From positions 248,001 to 312,000 of the forward strand of contig JAANOX010000069.1 in assembly GCA_020184695.1 (NCBI GenBank): 64,000 nucleotides of DNA, given 5' to 3'. This stretch comes from Histomonas meleagridis 2922-C6/04-290x. Its lineage: Eukaryota; Protista; Parabasalia. The notes beneath the pieces are model-generated. The model was not told the DNA's origin. It made no database searches and saw only the letters and a program-made list of their open reading frames with translations. The position numbers and the translations under genes are program-made. This document shows positions 10,691-21,700 of this stretch, piece after piece (the stretch's first letter is position 1; the number at the start of each line of letters is the position of its first letter).

Positions 10691-12715
10691 TTACTCTATC
10701 ACTATCACTTTTGAATTTATAAAATCAACAATTTCGTTTTGTTTTTCTTTCAAGGCGAACTCAAGTGGATTAATATAATATATAAATAAACTCCAAAACA
10801 TCAAATTAAGTACTCAATTTGCAAAATAAACATATTTATTTTTTGCAAATAACAATGATTTATTTTTTTTAACTAAATATTTAAATACATCTAATGACCC
10901 ATATATTGCAGCTGTATGTATTGGCATATTAAAACTTGTAAACATATCCCAATATATTTTTTGAAACTAAAAGTTAAATTTATGAATTTTATCATATTCA
11001 TTTAAATCAGTTTCTTTAACAGAGCAAATTATTTTAATAATATCCAAATATCCTTTTTCAGCGGCAATATGTAAAGCAGTTTTTTAATATTTAAATAAAT
11101 TCCAATCATAAATAAAAAAACTAATTATCTACTTCATTTGTGTCAATATTAGCATCTGAACACAATATCTTAGCGGCTCTTACACTATTTTTATCAGTAG
11201 CATGATGTAAAGCTGTATAAAATTATAAAAATAATTTCCAAATAGATAAAAGAAAATTCAGAATCATGAAAATTTATATCTATTTCCGATTGTGATAAAA
11301 GGAATTTAATTACATTTTTCTGGTTACATGAAGCTGCATAATGCAAAGCTGTTAATTTGATAACATAAAAAGAACTTCATTTTTAGATCTTATATTAACA
11401 TTTATAAACTTATTTTTAATTAAATATTTTACAATTTTTACAAATCCTTTTTTTGATGCATGAAAAAATATTTTCATAATTAATAAAAAAACACAAAATC
11501 CTTTTTTTTAATTTTATTTTTTTCCATTTTTTCGAGTAAGAAAACAAAAATATCAAAATGACCATTTATTCCTGCAGCAATTAAAGCTGTATGAAACCTT
11601 AAAAATAAAATCCAAAACTAAAAAGCAAACATTAAATTAAATGAACAAATATTATCTCTTCTATATAAATCAATATTAGGAAAAGAACATAAAAAGTTAA
11701 CAATGTCTAAAAAACCATTTTTTGCAGCTATTATTAATGGTGTCATTTGAATTAATCCGAATTTTTTATTAATATCTTCGAAATCTGATTTACAAAATAT
11801 ATATAAATTTAAAAATTCAACGCTATAAAATAAGTTATATTTAATTCCATTGGTTTGATTAATCCAATTACTTAATTTATATCTATGTGATTGAATAGAA
11901 TAATCCATTATATAATCAAAATTACTTTTTTCTTGTTTACAAATATCAAATATTTCTATGTTTCCTCCAAAAATTGCATATTTTATTGTATCATCTGTAA
12001 TTATTGCACCTTGAAGCGATAAAAATTTAAAACATTTCACTGCTTTGAAATATGCAGCATATTCAAGTAATGTACAATTCTTAAGGATATTATTCATTTC
12101 ATATAAAGATTGACCAATTCTATAATTAGGATCAATTTCAAAAAAATTAAAATTATATATAAATTCATCAATTAAATCTTTCCTTATAAAAGTTAAAATA
12201 ATTAATTCGGAATTTCCGGAATATCTTTGATTATCATTAAATTTTAAGAAATCATTTTCGCGAAGTAAATTGTTACAAATAAATGAGTTTTTCATGTTTT
12301 TATAAAGTTGAGGTTCATTTTGTATTATCTCACTTCCAAAATATAAAAATATATTTGACTTCTTGAAAAACCTATGAATCATATGAATTGATATTAAACC
12401 AAAATCCAAAAGATATAAAACAAATAAATAAATTCTATTTTCCATAAGTAAATTAATAAAAATATAAAAATCAATTTTGTTTGGGTAGTGATTTTCATAT
12501 TCTTTTATTATTTTGGATAAATAATATATCAAATTTGGTTTAATTTTTGCTGTTGTAAGAATACAAGAAATAATTTGATCAGATTTTAAATTGGATAAAA
12601 TAATATAATCTACTGTGCTTTCATATGTGGCTTCTCCTAGGTTTAATAAATTATCCATTACATTAAATATAACCAAAAATTTAGGATAAAATGAGTCAAT
12701 TAACTCATTTATCAT
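10691..12715 (-). CDS. DUF3447 ankyrin protein (locus C) with seven spacer-interrupted junctions
   Basis: ORF 11618-12745 (first ATG 12715) ends after DLYRRD; downstream modules TALIAAGING, KIFFHASKKG, TALHYAASCN, TALHHATDKN, TALHIAAEKG, MPIHTAAIYG and cap NPLEFALKEKQNEIVDFI; stop at 10691-10693. Confidence 0.78.
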
Positions 12716-12757
12716 TATAGCACTTTTCACAAAAAACGTTAACACAAATTCAAAAGT

Positions 12758-13271
12758 TTACTTGCCGCCGTTAGATTGTGATTGAGCAAGCTGCTGTGCA
12801 AATTCTGGGTGCTCACGTGTGAGTTTCTCAATCATTTCACGATTATTGATTTCATCTGTTGTTGGAAGGCCTGCAGCTTTTGCGCGTTGATCATACATCA
12901 TCTTTTCAACAGTTTGACGAGTTTCTGGATCGAGATCAGAAAGTTTGCTATTCTCTGGCTCAATCTTCGAGACATCTATTTCTGGGTCACCAACATATAC
13001 ATTTCCACCAATGCATCCCAGTCTTTTTAACACTTGAATTTCACGTCCATCTTTAACATCGGCTATTGTCCATGATGAATCTCCTGGCTTTACCTCTTCT
13101 GAAAGATCTCCATCGATTATTGGGGTTTTTCCTTTGATCCATTCCATCGATCAAATGATTTTTCTGAATTTGACAATTGTCCATTTTACCTGGTATTCCT
13201 GCTTCAACAATAATTGATAATGTTACATCTTCCAAAGTCTGTTCCCATGTATATGGAAGTTCTTTTGCCAT
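12758..13271 (-). pseudogene. nudC: NudC-family CS/p23-domain protein, frameshifted
   Basis: YTWEQTLEDV, KGKTPIIDGDL, GDPEIDVSKIEPENSKLSDLDPETRQTVEKMMYDQR; the conserved HWWKC motif is in a third frame. Confidence 0.8.
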
Positions 13272-13571
13272 ATTTTTAATAAATGTCACTTCACATATTT
13301 TGAAAGGAGACCGTTTATCGACCAATTCTTTTTATTTTTTCAGGTTAAGGAAAAATCATTTACGGAAAAGAACTTTAGAACATTCCTAAAACATTTGAAT
13401 AAATTTCTGTTCATTCTCTAAAGTATCAACAAAAGCAAATTAAATACGGCCAAATAAACTCAGAAATGAATTTTTTGACTACTTTATGAAATCACATCAA
13501 ACTAAAAATCAAATTAATTAAATACTTTGTTTATTATTGTTTTGTTTTTGTTTTACAGTTTAATTTTATTT

Positions 13572-16500
13572 TTACCTCGTTGGAGAGTAAGATGGGGATG
13601 TAGGCGAATACGAAGGCGATGTAGGAGAGTAAGAAGGAGAAGTCGGAGAATATGAAGGAGAAGTTGGGGAATACGATGGTGAAGTTGGTGAATATGAAGG
13701 AGATGTCGGAGAATAAGATGGTGATGTAGGAGAATACGAAGGAGATGTAGGAGAATATGAAGGAGAAGTTGGTGAGTATGAAGGAGATGTTGGTGAGTAA
13801 GATGGTGATGTAGGAGAATATGAAGGAGAAGTCGGAGAATATGATGGAGAAGTTGGTGAATACGAAGGAGATGTTGGCGAATAAGATGGAGATGTAGGAG
13901 AGTAAGAAGGAGAAGTCGGAGAATATGAAGGAGAAGTTGGGTTATAAGAAGGAGAAGTTGCGTTATACGAAGGAGAAGTAGCATTTCTACTTCTATCATA
14001 AAGTCCTCCAACATAAGGTGAACTTGGCATTGGACTAGCAGTGTTTTGATAAGGCGATGGATAAGATGGGTATAAAGGACTTGGCGATACCACCATTTGA
14101 TTATGTCCATTTGCTATATAAGGGGACATTATATCACCTACAGGAGACATTTGATCATATGATGGTGAATAAATTGAAGGCGAGTTTGGAGCAATTTCAT
14201 TATCACCAGTATCATCATTTCTAATTGGAGAAGTCGCTTGTAATGGAGAAGAATCATATTCATCATAATAATCACCAGCAATTCTTGCAACAGGAGAAAT
14301 TTGTTGAGGAGAATCAACTCCCAAAAGTTGATGTTCTTCAGCTTTAGCATGATAAGTTGAATCAGGTAAGTTGGAATTATCAGTTAATATATCTACAATA
14401 CCAGTACCAATATTAGCAGGTGCGCCAACTAATATACGAGAAGAAGTATCTCTCATATAATCAACTTCACCAAAAGCAGCTGCTTGGAAGAAGATATCAA
14501 CAGTTTGTTCATAAGAAGCACGCATTAAAGGTCCTGTTGGAGCCTTATTAATACCATGTCTAGATACAGCTCTAATTTCACCATAATGAGTCATAGTATC
14601 AGCCAAAAGTTGTAAATGATGATAATTAATATAAGAAGAACCAAACACTTTGTTCAATTCATGAATGATTAATTCTCTTGAAGCTTCTATACCTAATATA
14701 TCTTTAGTTTCCATGATATTATTCGAAAACGTACGTTGGAAATCTACATGAGGATTAGTTAATATATTTAACAAAGAAGAACCTTCAGTATATAATACAA
14801 ATTCTTGTATACGATCAATACCATTAGTATCTGGATTAATAACTTCAATTTTAGCATCATCATCAATAGCTATACGTGTAATACCTGGTATACCACCTAA
14901 TGTTAATTTATCATAAATATGTTGTTCAATTTGTCGTAATATTGAACCATCATTATCATCCATACCACCTTCTTTCTTTATATTACGGATACGTAGTATA
15001 GGTCGATCTATATCAGTATTATTATAAGTTACTGTTAATTGACCTTTATAACCTTCTGTAATTTTATTTGCTATATCTTCTATTTTAAGATTAGCAGCAG
15101 TTAAAGCTTTAGAATCTAAAATAAAACGTAATACAAATGGATAAGTATCAGTAGAAGATTTCTCATCAAAAATAGTATCTTGTAACCATTCTCTATCTTC
15201 TTCAATTAAACTATCATTATCAGAAGGATCGAAATAAATTTCTGATTGTTGAACTAACTTCTTTAATGAAGTATGTTCAATTTCGGCCTTTAATAATTCA
15301 GCAATATTTTTATCAGATCGTTCTTCAGGATCTAAGAATATAGTAACTTGAGGAGTTCTCATAGTTTTAGCTAAATTCATAATTTCATTTAAACGTGGAA
15401 CACCTAAAGTTACATTTTTCGCAGAAACACCAGCAAAATGAAAAGTATTTAAAGTCATTTGTGTTGTAGGTTCACCTATAGATTGTCCTGCTATAGCACC
15501 TACCATTTCACCAGGTGCAACTATTGATTGATTAAATTTAATTTCAATTTCATCTAATACCCAATCTAATGCACCTCTATTTAAACGTTGGGTAAATATA
15601 ATTTGTTTAGATGAAAGATTACTAAATATAAATATCCGTAATAATAAAGTAGCATTATCTTGTGCTATTCTGGAGATTTGATCATCACCTTTAACTACAA
15701 TTAATTTAGTCACTAATTTTTCTACTGATTCGATAACATCAACTGGATTTAAATCTGATCGATCTGAATGAGGATTAATATGATAACTTTGTTGTGAAGT
15801 TTCTATTAATCTTTGTATATTTACTGGGAACCAACCAACATCATTTAATTCTGGAAAGATTTCATAACGTAATATTTCTCGGAATTCTTTAAGTCGATTA
15901 TATTCTCGATTAAATATTTCTTCTGCTCGACCTTGTTGACTTCTTAATTCTTCAATAACTTCTGGTTGTAATACTCCTTGACCAAAAGTAGGTTGAGTTG
16001 GATCTAATTTAAACATTCGATCGAAATCTTCATCAGAATACCGAATCAAATGAATTTTTTGTGTTTCAAGTCCTACTGGATCTAATCCATCATTTCCATA
16101 TAAGAATTGAATCACTTGATTTAATGAATTACGAACAGTACCATCATATTTAACTGAATGTGATTCCATCGATTTAATTAGACGACGTTGAATATAACCA
16201 GTATCAGAAGTTTTACAAGCTGTATCAATAATACCTTCTCTACCTGCCATAGTATGAAAGAAGAATTCTGGTGGTGTTAAACCTTCAATGAAACTATGAT
16301 AACAAAATCCATGTTGTTCCAAACCTAAGTCATCCTTAATATAATGTGGTAATGTTCGTTTCTTAAATCCATATTTAATACGTTTACCTTCAATATTTTG
16401 TTGTCCTACAGTAGCAATGATTTGAGAGATATTAATATCTCCTCCTTTACTACCTGCTGCAACCATTTGCATTAAAGAATTCCAAAATCGAGAATTCTTT

Positions 16501-18755
16501 TTAACTAATGCACCACATTGATTAATGATATCATTTGATCGAGTATTAACAACTTGTTCAAATGATTCCATTAATGTTAATCCGGGCATAATTTCTTGTT
16601 TACCTTGTAATGCATTATCAATAATTGCTTGAACATCTTTACGTAATAATTTTAATCGTTGTTCGACTTCTTGCATTGTCGAATGTTTAGCTACTGCATC
16701 AATTAATCCGATACTAAATCCACGAGATTCTAACCAACTATTAACTACTAATTGAGTTTGACTTAAGAAATCTCGTGCCATATCTTTATCCCAAGAATTA
16801 ATAACTACATGAGCTAATGATTTCTCACTTTGACCTACAGTTTTCTTATCTAAAATCCCAGCTAATAAATTACCATCACGAATAATTACACGTGTATCTT
16901 TAGGTGGCATCCATTCCCATTCTTTATCACATGTATCTGCTTGAAAATCATAATTAATATATGGTAAAAATAAGGAAAAGACTTGTTTCCCAGACCATAA
17001 ATAGATATTCTTTTGTGGTATGATAATACATGGAGGTGATAATACGATGTTCTTCTTTGTATGGATAATACACATCATTAAGTTCATCATTTCATTACGA
17101 TTTAAAAAAGTGTTCTTTAAAGTAAGCAAACGACATCCTAATAATGAATCTTGTACCAAACCAATAATAGGACCATTCTTTTGTGGTGATATAATTTGAT
17201 TTGGAACTAACATAATATGTTTAACTTCTGCTCGTGCTTGTTGACTTTGTGGTACATGTAAATTCATTTCATCGCCATCAAAATCGGCATTATATGGAGT
17301 AGTAACAGATAAATTTAATCGGAATGTACTACCACGCATTATAACTGCATGATGTCCCATCATTGACATTTTATGTAATGAAGGTTGTCGATTAAAGATA
17401 ACTATATCATTATCCTTTAAATGCCTTTCAACAATACTATTATCATCTAAATGCATAGTACTACGTTCAGTAGTTCGTGATAATGAAAATTTGACACCTT
17501 GAGGATTAATGACATAATTAGCTCCTTCTAATTTATCTGGACCATTTTGGACTAATTGCGCTAATTCTTCTCGATTACGTTGTGTAACAACTTCGGGGAA
17601 CGTTAATATCTTTGCAATATGTTTGGGTACCCCAACTTGATCGATACGAATTGATGGATCAGGTGAAATCACTGATCGTGCACTGAAATCAACACGTTTA
17701 CCACTTAAATGTCCTCGAATATGCCCTTCTTTCCCCTTTAACCGCTGCGATATGGATTTGATAACTTTATTGTTCCGAGTAACCGCTCGTTGGATCGACG
17801 GTTTGTCGTTGATGAAATATGTGGTAACAGTCCATTGTAATAACGCTAATTGTTCTTTGACCGCTGTTTGTTGTTGATTCGATTCTTTCATTCGAAGTAA
17901 CGCATTGTTACATCGAACTAAATTTCCTAAATGATGTGTAACATCATCTGGTGATGGATTAAGACCTTCAACTCGAACTGGTGGTCGAACATGTGGTGGT
18001 GGTACTGGTAGAATTGTTAAGATCATCCATTTCGGATGAGATCGTTCTGGATCTAATCCTAAGACACGGACATCACAATCCTTCATTTGTGAAAATATGT
18101 CTAATACTGACGCAGCTGTAATGTCTTGTCGTGTAAGTGATCCTTTTGTATATAAGGTACCATCTGCTTCTCGTGCAACTTCAACTTGCGTTTGTTGACA
18201 TGGTTCAATTTGTCGAAGGTCTTTTGAATAATCTCCATCTTCTGGAACGATTCCTAATTCATTCCAAAATGCTGGATCTTTAACTACGTCTGCATTCTCT
18301 TTGTCACCGTCACCCACTTTTTTGTGTTCACATTTTCGAGTTTTACATAATTCTAAAATACGTTCAAATCTACGTTTTCCTCGATAATGTAAAACTACTC
18401 TTTGGACTTCCGGGTCACCATAAGATAATAAGAGCCGACCACATTTGTGGCATACGCAATTTAATATCTTATAGACGACGTCCTGATATCCAAAATGAAA
18501 TAAAGGATATGCTAATTTGATATGTCCAAAGTGTCCAGGACATGAATCGCTGTCTTGGTTACATGTATCGCATAGGTAATCACGTGAGACGGTTCCCATT
18601 CGAGCATCTGACAATCCATTAACGACTGGTTGACCATTTTCGAATTCAATTGGCCGTGTAACTTCACATACGGAGGAGTTTTCAAGCTCTATTGGATCAA
18701 AAAGCCCAAAAGAAATGGAACTGATGAGTGCAGTTTCTTCATTTCGGCTTTCCAT
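13572..18755 (-). CDS. RPB1: RNA polymerase II largest subunit
   Basis: NADFDGDEMN active site, GHFGHI zinc motif, bridge helix, trigger loop TQMTLNTFHFAG, heptad CTD; first ATG at 18755 (track opens at upstream TTG 18779). Confidence 0.99.
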   Translation of the reverse strand: MESRNEETALISSISFGLFDPIELENSSVCEVTRPIEFENGQPVVNGLSDARMGTVSRDYLCDTCNQDSDSCPGHFGHIKLAYPLFHFGYQDVVYKILNCVCHKCGRLLLSYGDPEVQRVVLHYRGKRRFERILELCKTRKCEHKKVGDGDKENADVVKDPAFWNELGIVPEDGDYSKDLRQIEPCQQTQVEVAREADGTLYTKGSLTRQDITAASVLDIFSQMKDCDVRVLGLDPERSHPKWMILTILPVPPPHVRPPVRVEGLNPSPDDVTHHLGNLVRCNNALLRMKESNQQQTAVKEQLALLQWTVTTYFINDKPSIQRAVTRNNKVIKSISQRLKGKEGHIRGHLSGKRVDFSARSVISPDPSIRIDQVGVPKHIAKILTFPEVVTQRNREELAQLVQNGPDKLEGANYVINPQGVKFSLSRTTERSTMHLDDNSIVERHLKDNDIVIFNRQPSLHKMSMMGHHAVIMRGSTFRLNLSVTTPYNADFDGDEMNLHVPQSQQARAEVKHIMLVPNQIISPQKNGPIIGLVQDSLLGCRLLTLKNTFLNRNEMMNLMMCIIHTKKNIVLSPPCIIIPQKNIYLWSGKQVFSLFLPYINYDFQADTCDKEWEWMPPKDTRVIIRDGNLLAGILDKKTVGQSEKSLAHVVINSWDKDMARDFLSQTQLVVNSWLESRGFSIGLIDAVAKHSTMQEVEQRLKLLRKDVQAIIDNALQGKQEIMPGLTLMESFEQVVNTRSNDIINQCGALVKKNSRFWNSLMQMVAAGSKGGDINISQIIATVGQQNIEGKRIKYGFKKRTLPHYIKDDLGLEQHGFCYHSFIEGLTPPEFFFHTMAGREGIIDTACKTSDTGYIQRRLIKSMESHSVKYDGTVRNSLNQVIQFLYGNDGLDPVGLETQKIHLIRYSDEDFDRMFKLDPTQPTFGQGVLQPEVIEELRSQQGRAEEIFNREYNRLKEFREILRYEIFPELNDVGWFPVNIQRLIETSQQSYHINPHSDRSDLNPVDVIESVEKLVTKLIVVKGDDQISRIAQDNATLLLRIFIFSNLSSKQIIFTQRLNRGALDWVLDEIEIKFNQSIVAPGEMVGAIAGQSIGEPTTQMTLNTFHFAGVSAKNVTLGVPRLNEIMNLAKTMRTPQVTIFLDPEERSDKNIAELLKAEIEHTSLKKLVQQSEIYFDPSDNDSLIEEDREWLQDTIFDEKSSTDTYPFVLRFILDSKALTAANLKIEDIANKITEGYKGQLTVTYNNTDIDRPILRIRNIKKEGGMDDNDGSILRQIEQHIYDKLTLGGIPGITRIAIDDDAKIEVINPDTNGIDRIQEFVLYTEGSSLLNILTNPHVDFQRTFSNNIMETKDILGIEASRELIIHELNKVFGSSYINYHHLQLLADTMTHYGEIRAVSRHGINKAPTGPLMRASYEQTVDIFFQAAAFGEVDYMRDTSSRILVGAPANIGTGIVDILTDNSNLPDSTYHAKAEEHQLLGVDSPQQISPVARIAGDYYDEYDSSPLQATSPIRNDDTGDNEIAPNSPSIYSPSYDQMSPVGDIMSPYIANGHNQMVVSPSPLYPSYPSPYQNTASPMPSSPYVGGLYDRSRNATSPSYNATSPSYNPTSPSYSPTSPSYSPTSPSYSPTSPSYSPTSPSYSPTSPSYSPTSPSYSPTSPSYSPTSPSYSPTSPSYSPTSPSYSPTSPSYSPTSPSYSPTSPSYSPTSPSYSPTSPSYSPTSPSYSPTR
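13575..13967 (-). repeat. 21-nt tandem repeat encoding the RPB1 CTD: YNATSPS, YNPTSPS, 16 x YSPTSPS, YSPTR
   Basis: Tyr codons every 21 nt from 13587 to 13967 with synonymous variation. Confidence 0.97.
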
Positions 18756-18883
18756 CTTAGAGAATGTCAGTCCAGACAAACCTTATCAAATTTGACTGTC
18801 TGAAATTGGTTCGGGAAGTTTTGACAAGGTTTATTTTGATAACGGACCCAAAAAGACGTTAAATTTCGGACTTTTTTTTTATA

Positions 18884-21700
18884 ATGAAAAACGCTAATAA
18901 TCCTCTTTATATCAATAAATATGAAAGAAAACTTTTTTCGATTATACAAGAAATTAGAAATAATACAATTAGATTTAACAAACAAATGACAGAACTTGCA
19001 CAATTTTTAACGAATCAATTTCCAAAATATCCTGCAAAAGAAATCGCGACAAAATCAAAAGTAAGGCAAAATATGTTCCCAGAAAATACTTTTTATAAAG
19101 AGTTCTTGTTTAGTATGGAAATTCCTTTAATTATCCCATTAAATGAAACCAATAGAATTGCGGAATCAATTCATCAAACATTACTTTTGGATCAAGAATA
19201 TCTTAACACAATGAAAGAAATTATTACAGATGTAGGAATTGGTGTTTTACTTTATAAATCAAGACATTTAATTGTTTCAATTATTCTTTCAAATATTGAC
19301 CATAAATCTTTACAAGAAAAAACTCAGATTTTTTGTAAAGGATTGGATGGAAAAGAAATTACAAGTGAGAAAATTCTTCAAATAATGAATCAATTTCGAA
19401 AATATTATAATCTGACACCTTTTTCATTAAATCAATCGTTGCTTGAAAAAGCAGAAATATTATATTTATTACGAAATACTAAAACTCGAAATTTTCCACC
19501 ATTAATTAAAAATTTTGTCGGAAAATATGTACCTATTACAATACTTAATAATAACAATTTGGTTAAATCATTGTTTGAATCTAAAGGTTTTGTAGATATT
19601 TGTTTTTCATTTTTAACCGAAATCAATTTTTATATTCAAAAATTCGAAGATTTTGTTATTATAATAATTCTAGTTTCTGAAGGTAGTACATCCAATTTTG
19701 TTGTTTCATATCCATTAATTCCTGAGAAACCACCGAGTGAAAAACCGCAAAATGAAAATGACGTAAAATTACGACTTAAAACAATTTATGAATCATCTGA
19801 TTCATCTACAAAACGTAATAAAAACCCACTTTTAGCACATCGTTCACGGCCACTTCCAATTGATTTTTCATCATCATCAGATGGTGATTATCTAAAAGAT
19901 ACATATTCACCTAATCAAGGTGAAGGCGTTCAACCCGTATTACAATTATCAATGCGGAATTCATCATCACATAATCAATCTGAATTTTCATCAGATGGGA
20001 ATAAATTGGTAATAAATCCACAATTTTTCAAGCCTATAAATATGTCTAATATTGAAAAATATCGATATAAAGAAACATCTGATCATACACAAAATAAACC
20101 AATTTCGATATTAAATACTCATGGTGGTGCTAAGCCACTTGATGATAACTTTAGTTTTTCGGATTCTGATGATGAATATGATGAAGATTTCGATTTTAGT
20201 TTTAGGCCTTCAAATGAGCCGAAAGTTATGTCATTAAATCAATTCCAAGATGATGGTGATGATAATTTTGCTTCTGATGAAGATGAGAAACTTGAAGAAA
20301 CTATAGCTAGTAATAAACAAAGCTTTAAGCCTATAATGATGAATAACTTAGAAAAGTTTAGATATAAAGAAGCAAATGAAAAAACTTTCGATGATAATAA
20401 TAAACCTGTTTTATTCCATGCAGGTAATAGTAAACCTTTAGCTGATGATTTCTCATTTTCGGATGATAATACTAATGAAGAAGAAGAAGAATTCGAATTT
20501 AGGGAATTAGATCAACAAAATAAAATACAAAATTTGGAAATGTTAAAACGTTTCCAAAATGATAACGTGAATATATTTTCATCAGATGATAATAAAGATT
20601 CAAATGAACAATTAATTATTAATAATCCAAATGAATTCCAACCTTTACAAACTGATTTGGAAAAGTTTAGATATAAAGATGACGTTGGTGCATTTAGTAA
20701 TAAACATCAAAAAAATAATACGCCAACACATAAATTTTCTAATTCAGCTAAACCTTTACCAGATGATTTTAACTTTTCAGATACTGATGAAGAAGAAAAT
20801 CAAAATATTAATTTCGAAACACCTAAAAATTCATCAAAACCTTTAACTAATACAAATGCACCAAAACAAAATTATAATGATAATGTTTATTTAACACCAA
20901 CAAAAACATTACAACAACAAGAAATAAGTTTCGAAACACCAAAAGAAAAAGTAAAAGTTGAAGAACAAATTTTAAATATATTAAATAACATACGAAAAAA
21001 TAATACTAAATTAATTGAAAATCAAAAATTATCATTAGAAATTCAACATTTACTTGAAGAAAACAAAGGAAATATTGATTTACGAAAGAATTATAATCAA
21101 AATTGTATATATTCTAATCCTTGGATACGAAAATTTGATGAAAAGTCATTAAATAATTTATTCGAAAGAATTAAAAATGATTATCAAAATAATGAAAAAT
21201 CGAATTTTGTTTTAAATAATTATAATAACATAGGAATTGGTTATTATGAAAATAATGGAAATTATTCTGTTGCGATTTTAATATATGAAAAAATTAAAAA
21301 CATTTCAAAAGATTTCAAGAAAAATAGATCAAAGAATTATCTAAATGAAATTAATATGTTACGTAATATATTAAAACTTTCCGAACTTTCGTTCCCTTTA
21401 AATGGAGAAAAATCAAATGTTTTGATTAATCATGCAAAACTTTTAGCTAAAGAACATATTGGTAATAAAAAAGATATTATCCAAAAACATATTATGGAAT
21501 TAGTTCCAAATTATTATAAAAATGTAAAGGCAAACTTCGTTACTGTTAAAGAAGATGACATGGAAAAGATTAAGGATATAATAACCATGATGAATAAAGA
21601 TGATGAGACATTGTTCTTGGGTGATTTTAATAAAATAGCAATTGGATTTTGGGATGAAAAGGGGAGTTCAACAATAGCAATAGTATTAGCTAAAGATTAA
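18884..21700 (+). CDS. Protein with several degenerate CAP/SCP-like domains around an acidic internally repeated linker
   Basis: Repeated helix IxxxxNxxR...L and terminal strands VGIGVL, IGIGYY, IAIGFW; three copies of F(K/Q)P..(N/D)(I/L)EK(Y/F)RYK...KPL.D(D/N)FsFSD. Confidence 0.6.
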   Translation: MKNANNPLYINKYERKLFSIIQEIRNNTIRFNKQMTELAQFLTNQFPKYPAKEIATKSKVRQNMFPENTFYKEFLFSMEIPLIIPLNETNRIAESIHQTLLLDQEYLNTMKEIITDVGIGVLLYKSRHLIVSIILSNIDHKSLQEKTQIFCKGLDGKEITSEKILQIMNQFRKYYNLTPFSLNQSLLEKAEILYLLRNTKTRNFPPLIKNFVGKYVPITILNNNNLVKSLFESKGFVDICFSFLTEINFYIQKFEDFVIIIILVSEGSTSNFVVSYPLIPEKPPSEKPQNENDVKLRLKTIYESSDSSTKRNKNPLLAHRSRPLPIDFSSSSDGDYLKDTYSPNQGEGVQPVLQLSMRNSSSHNQSEFSSDGNKLVINPQFFKPINMSNIEKYRYKETSDHTQNKPISILNTHGGAKPLDDNFSFSDSDDEYDEDFDFSFRPSNEPKVMSLNQFQDDGDDNFASDEDEKLEETIASNKQSFKPIMMNNLEKFRYKEANEKTFDDNNKPVLFHAGNSKPLADDFSFSDDNTNEEEEEFEFRELDQQNKIQNLEMLKRFQNDNVNIFSSDDNKDSNEQLIINNPNEFQPLQTDLEKFRYKDDVGAFSNKHQKNNTPTHKFSNSAKPLPDDFNFSDTDEEENQNINFETPKNSSKPLTNTNAPKQNYNDNVYLTPTKTLQQQEISFETPKEKVKVEEQILNILNNIRKNNTKLIENQKLSLEIQHLLEENKGNIDLRKNYNQNCIYSNPWIRKFDEKSLNNLFERIKNDYQNNEKSNFVLNNYNNIGIGYYENNGNYSVAILIYEKIKNISKDFKKNRSKNYLNEINMLRNILKLSELSFPLNGEKSNVLINHAKLLAKEHIGNKKDIIQKHIMELVPNYYKNVKANFVTVKEDDMEKIKDIITMMNKDDETLFLGDFNKIAIGFWDEKGSSTIAIVLAKD

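Noticed and set aside
9213-11653. Spacer lengths as 12+17n (46, 63, 80)
   Set aside because: It fits most spacers but not 23, 32, 40 or 66, and no 17-nt internal repeat is visible; likely over-fitting, so only the discrete lengths are reported
13553-14110. 185-aa Leu/His-rich ORF
   Set aside because: Alternative frame of the CTD heptad repeat
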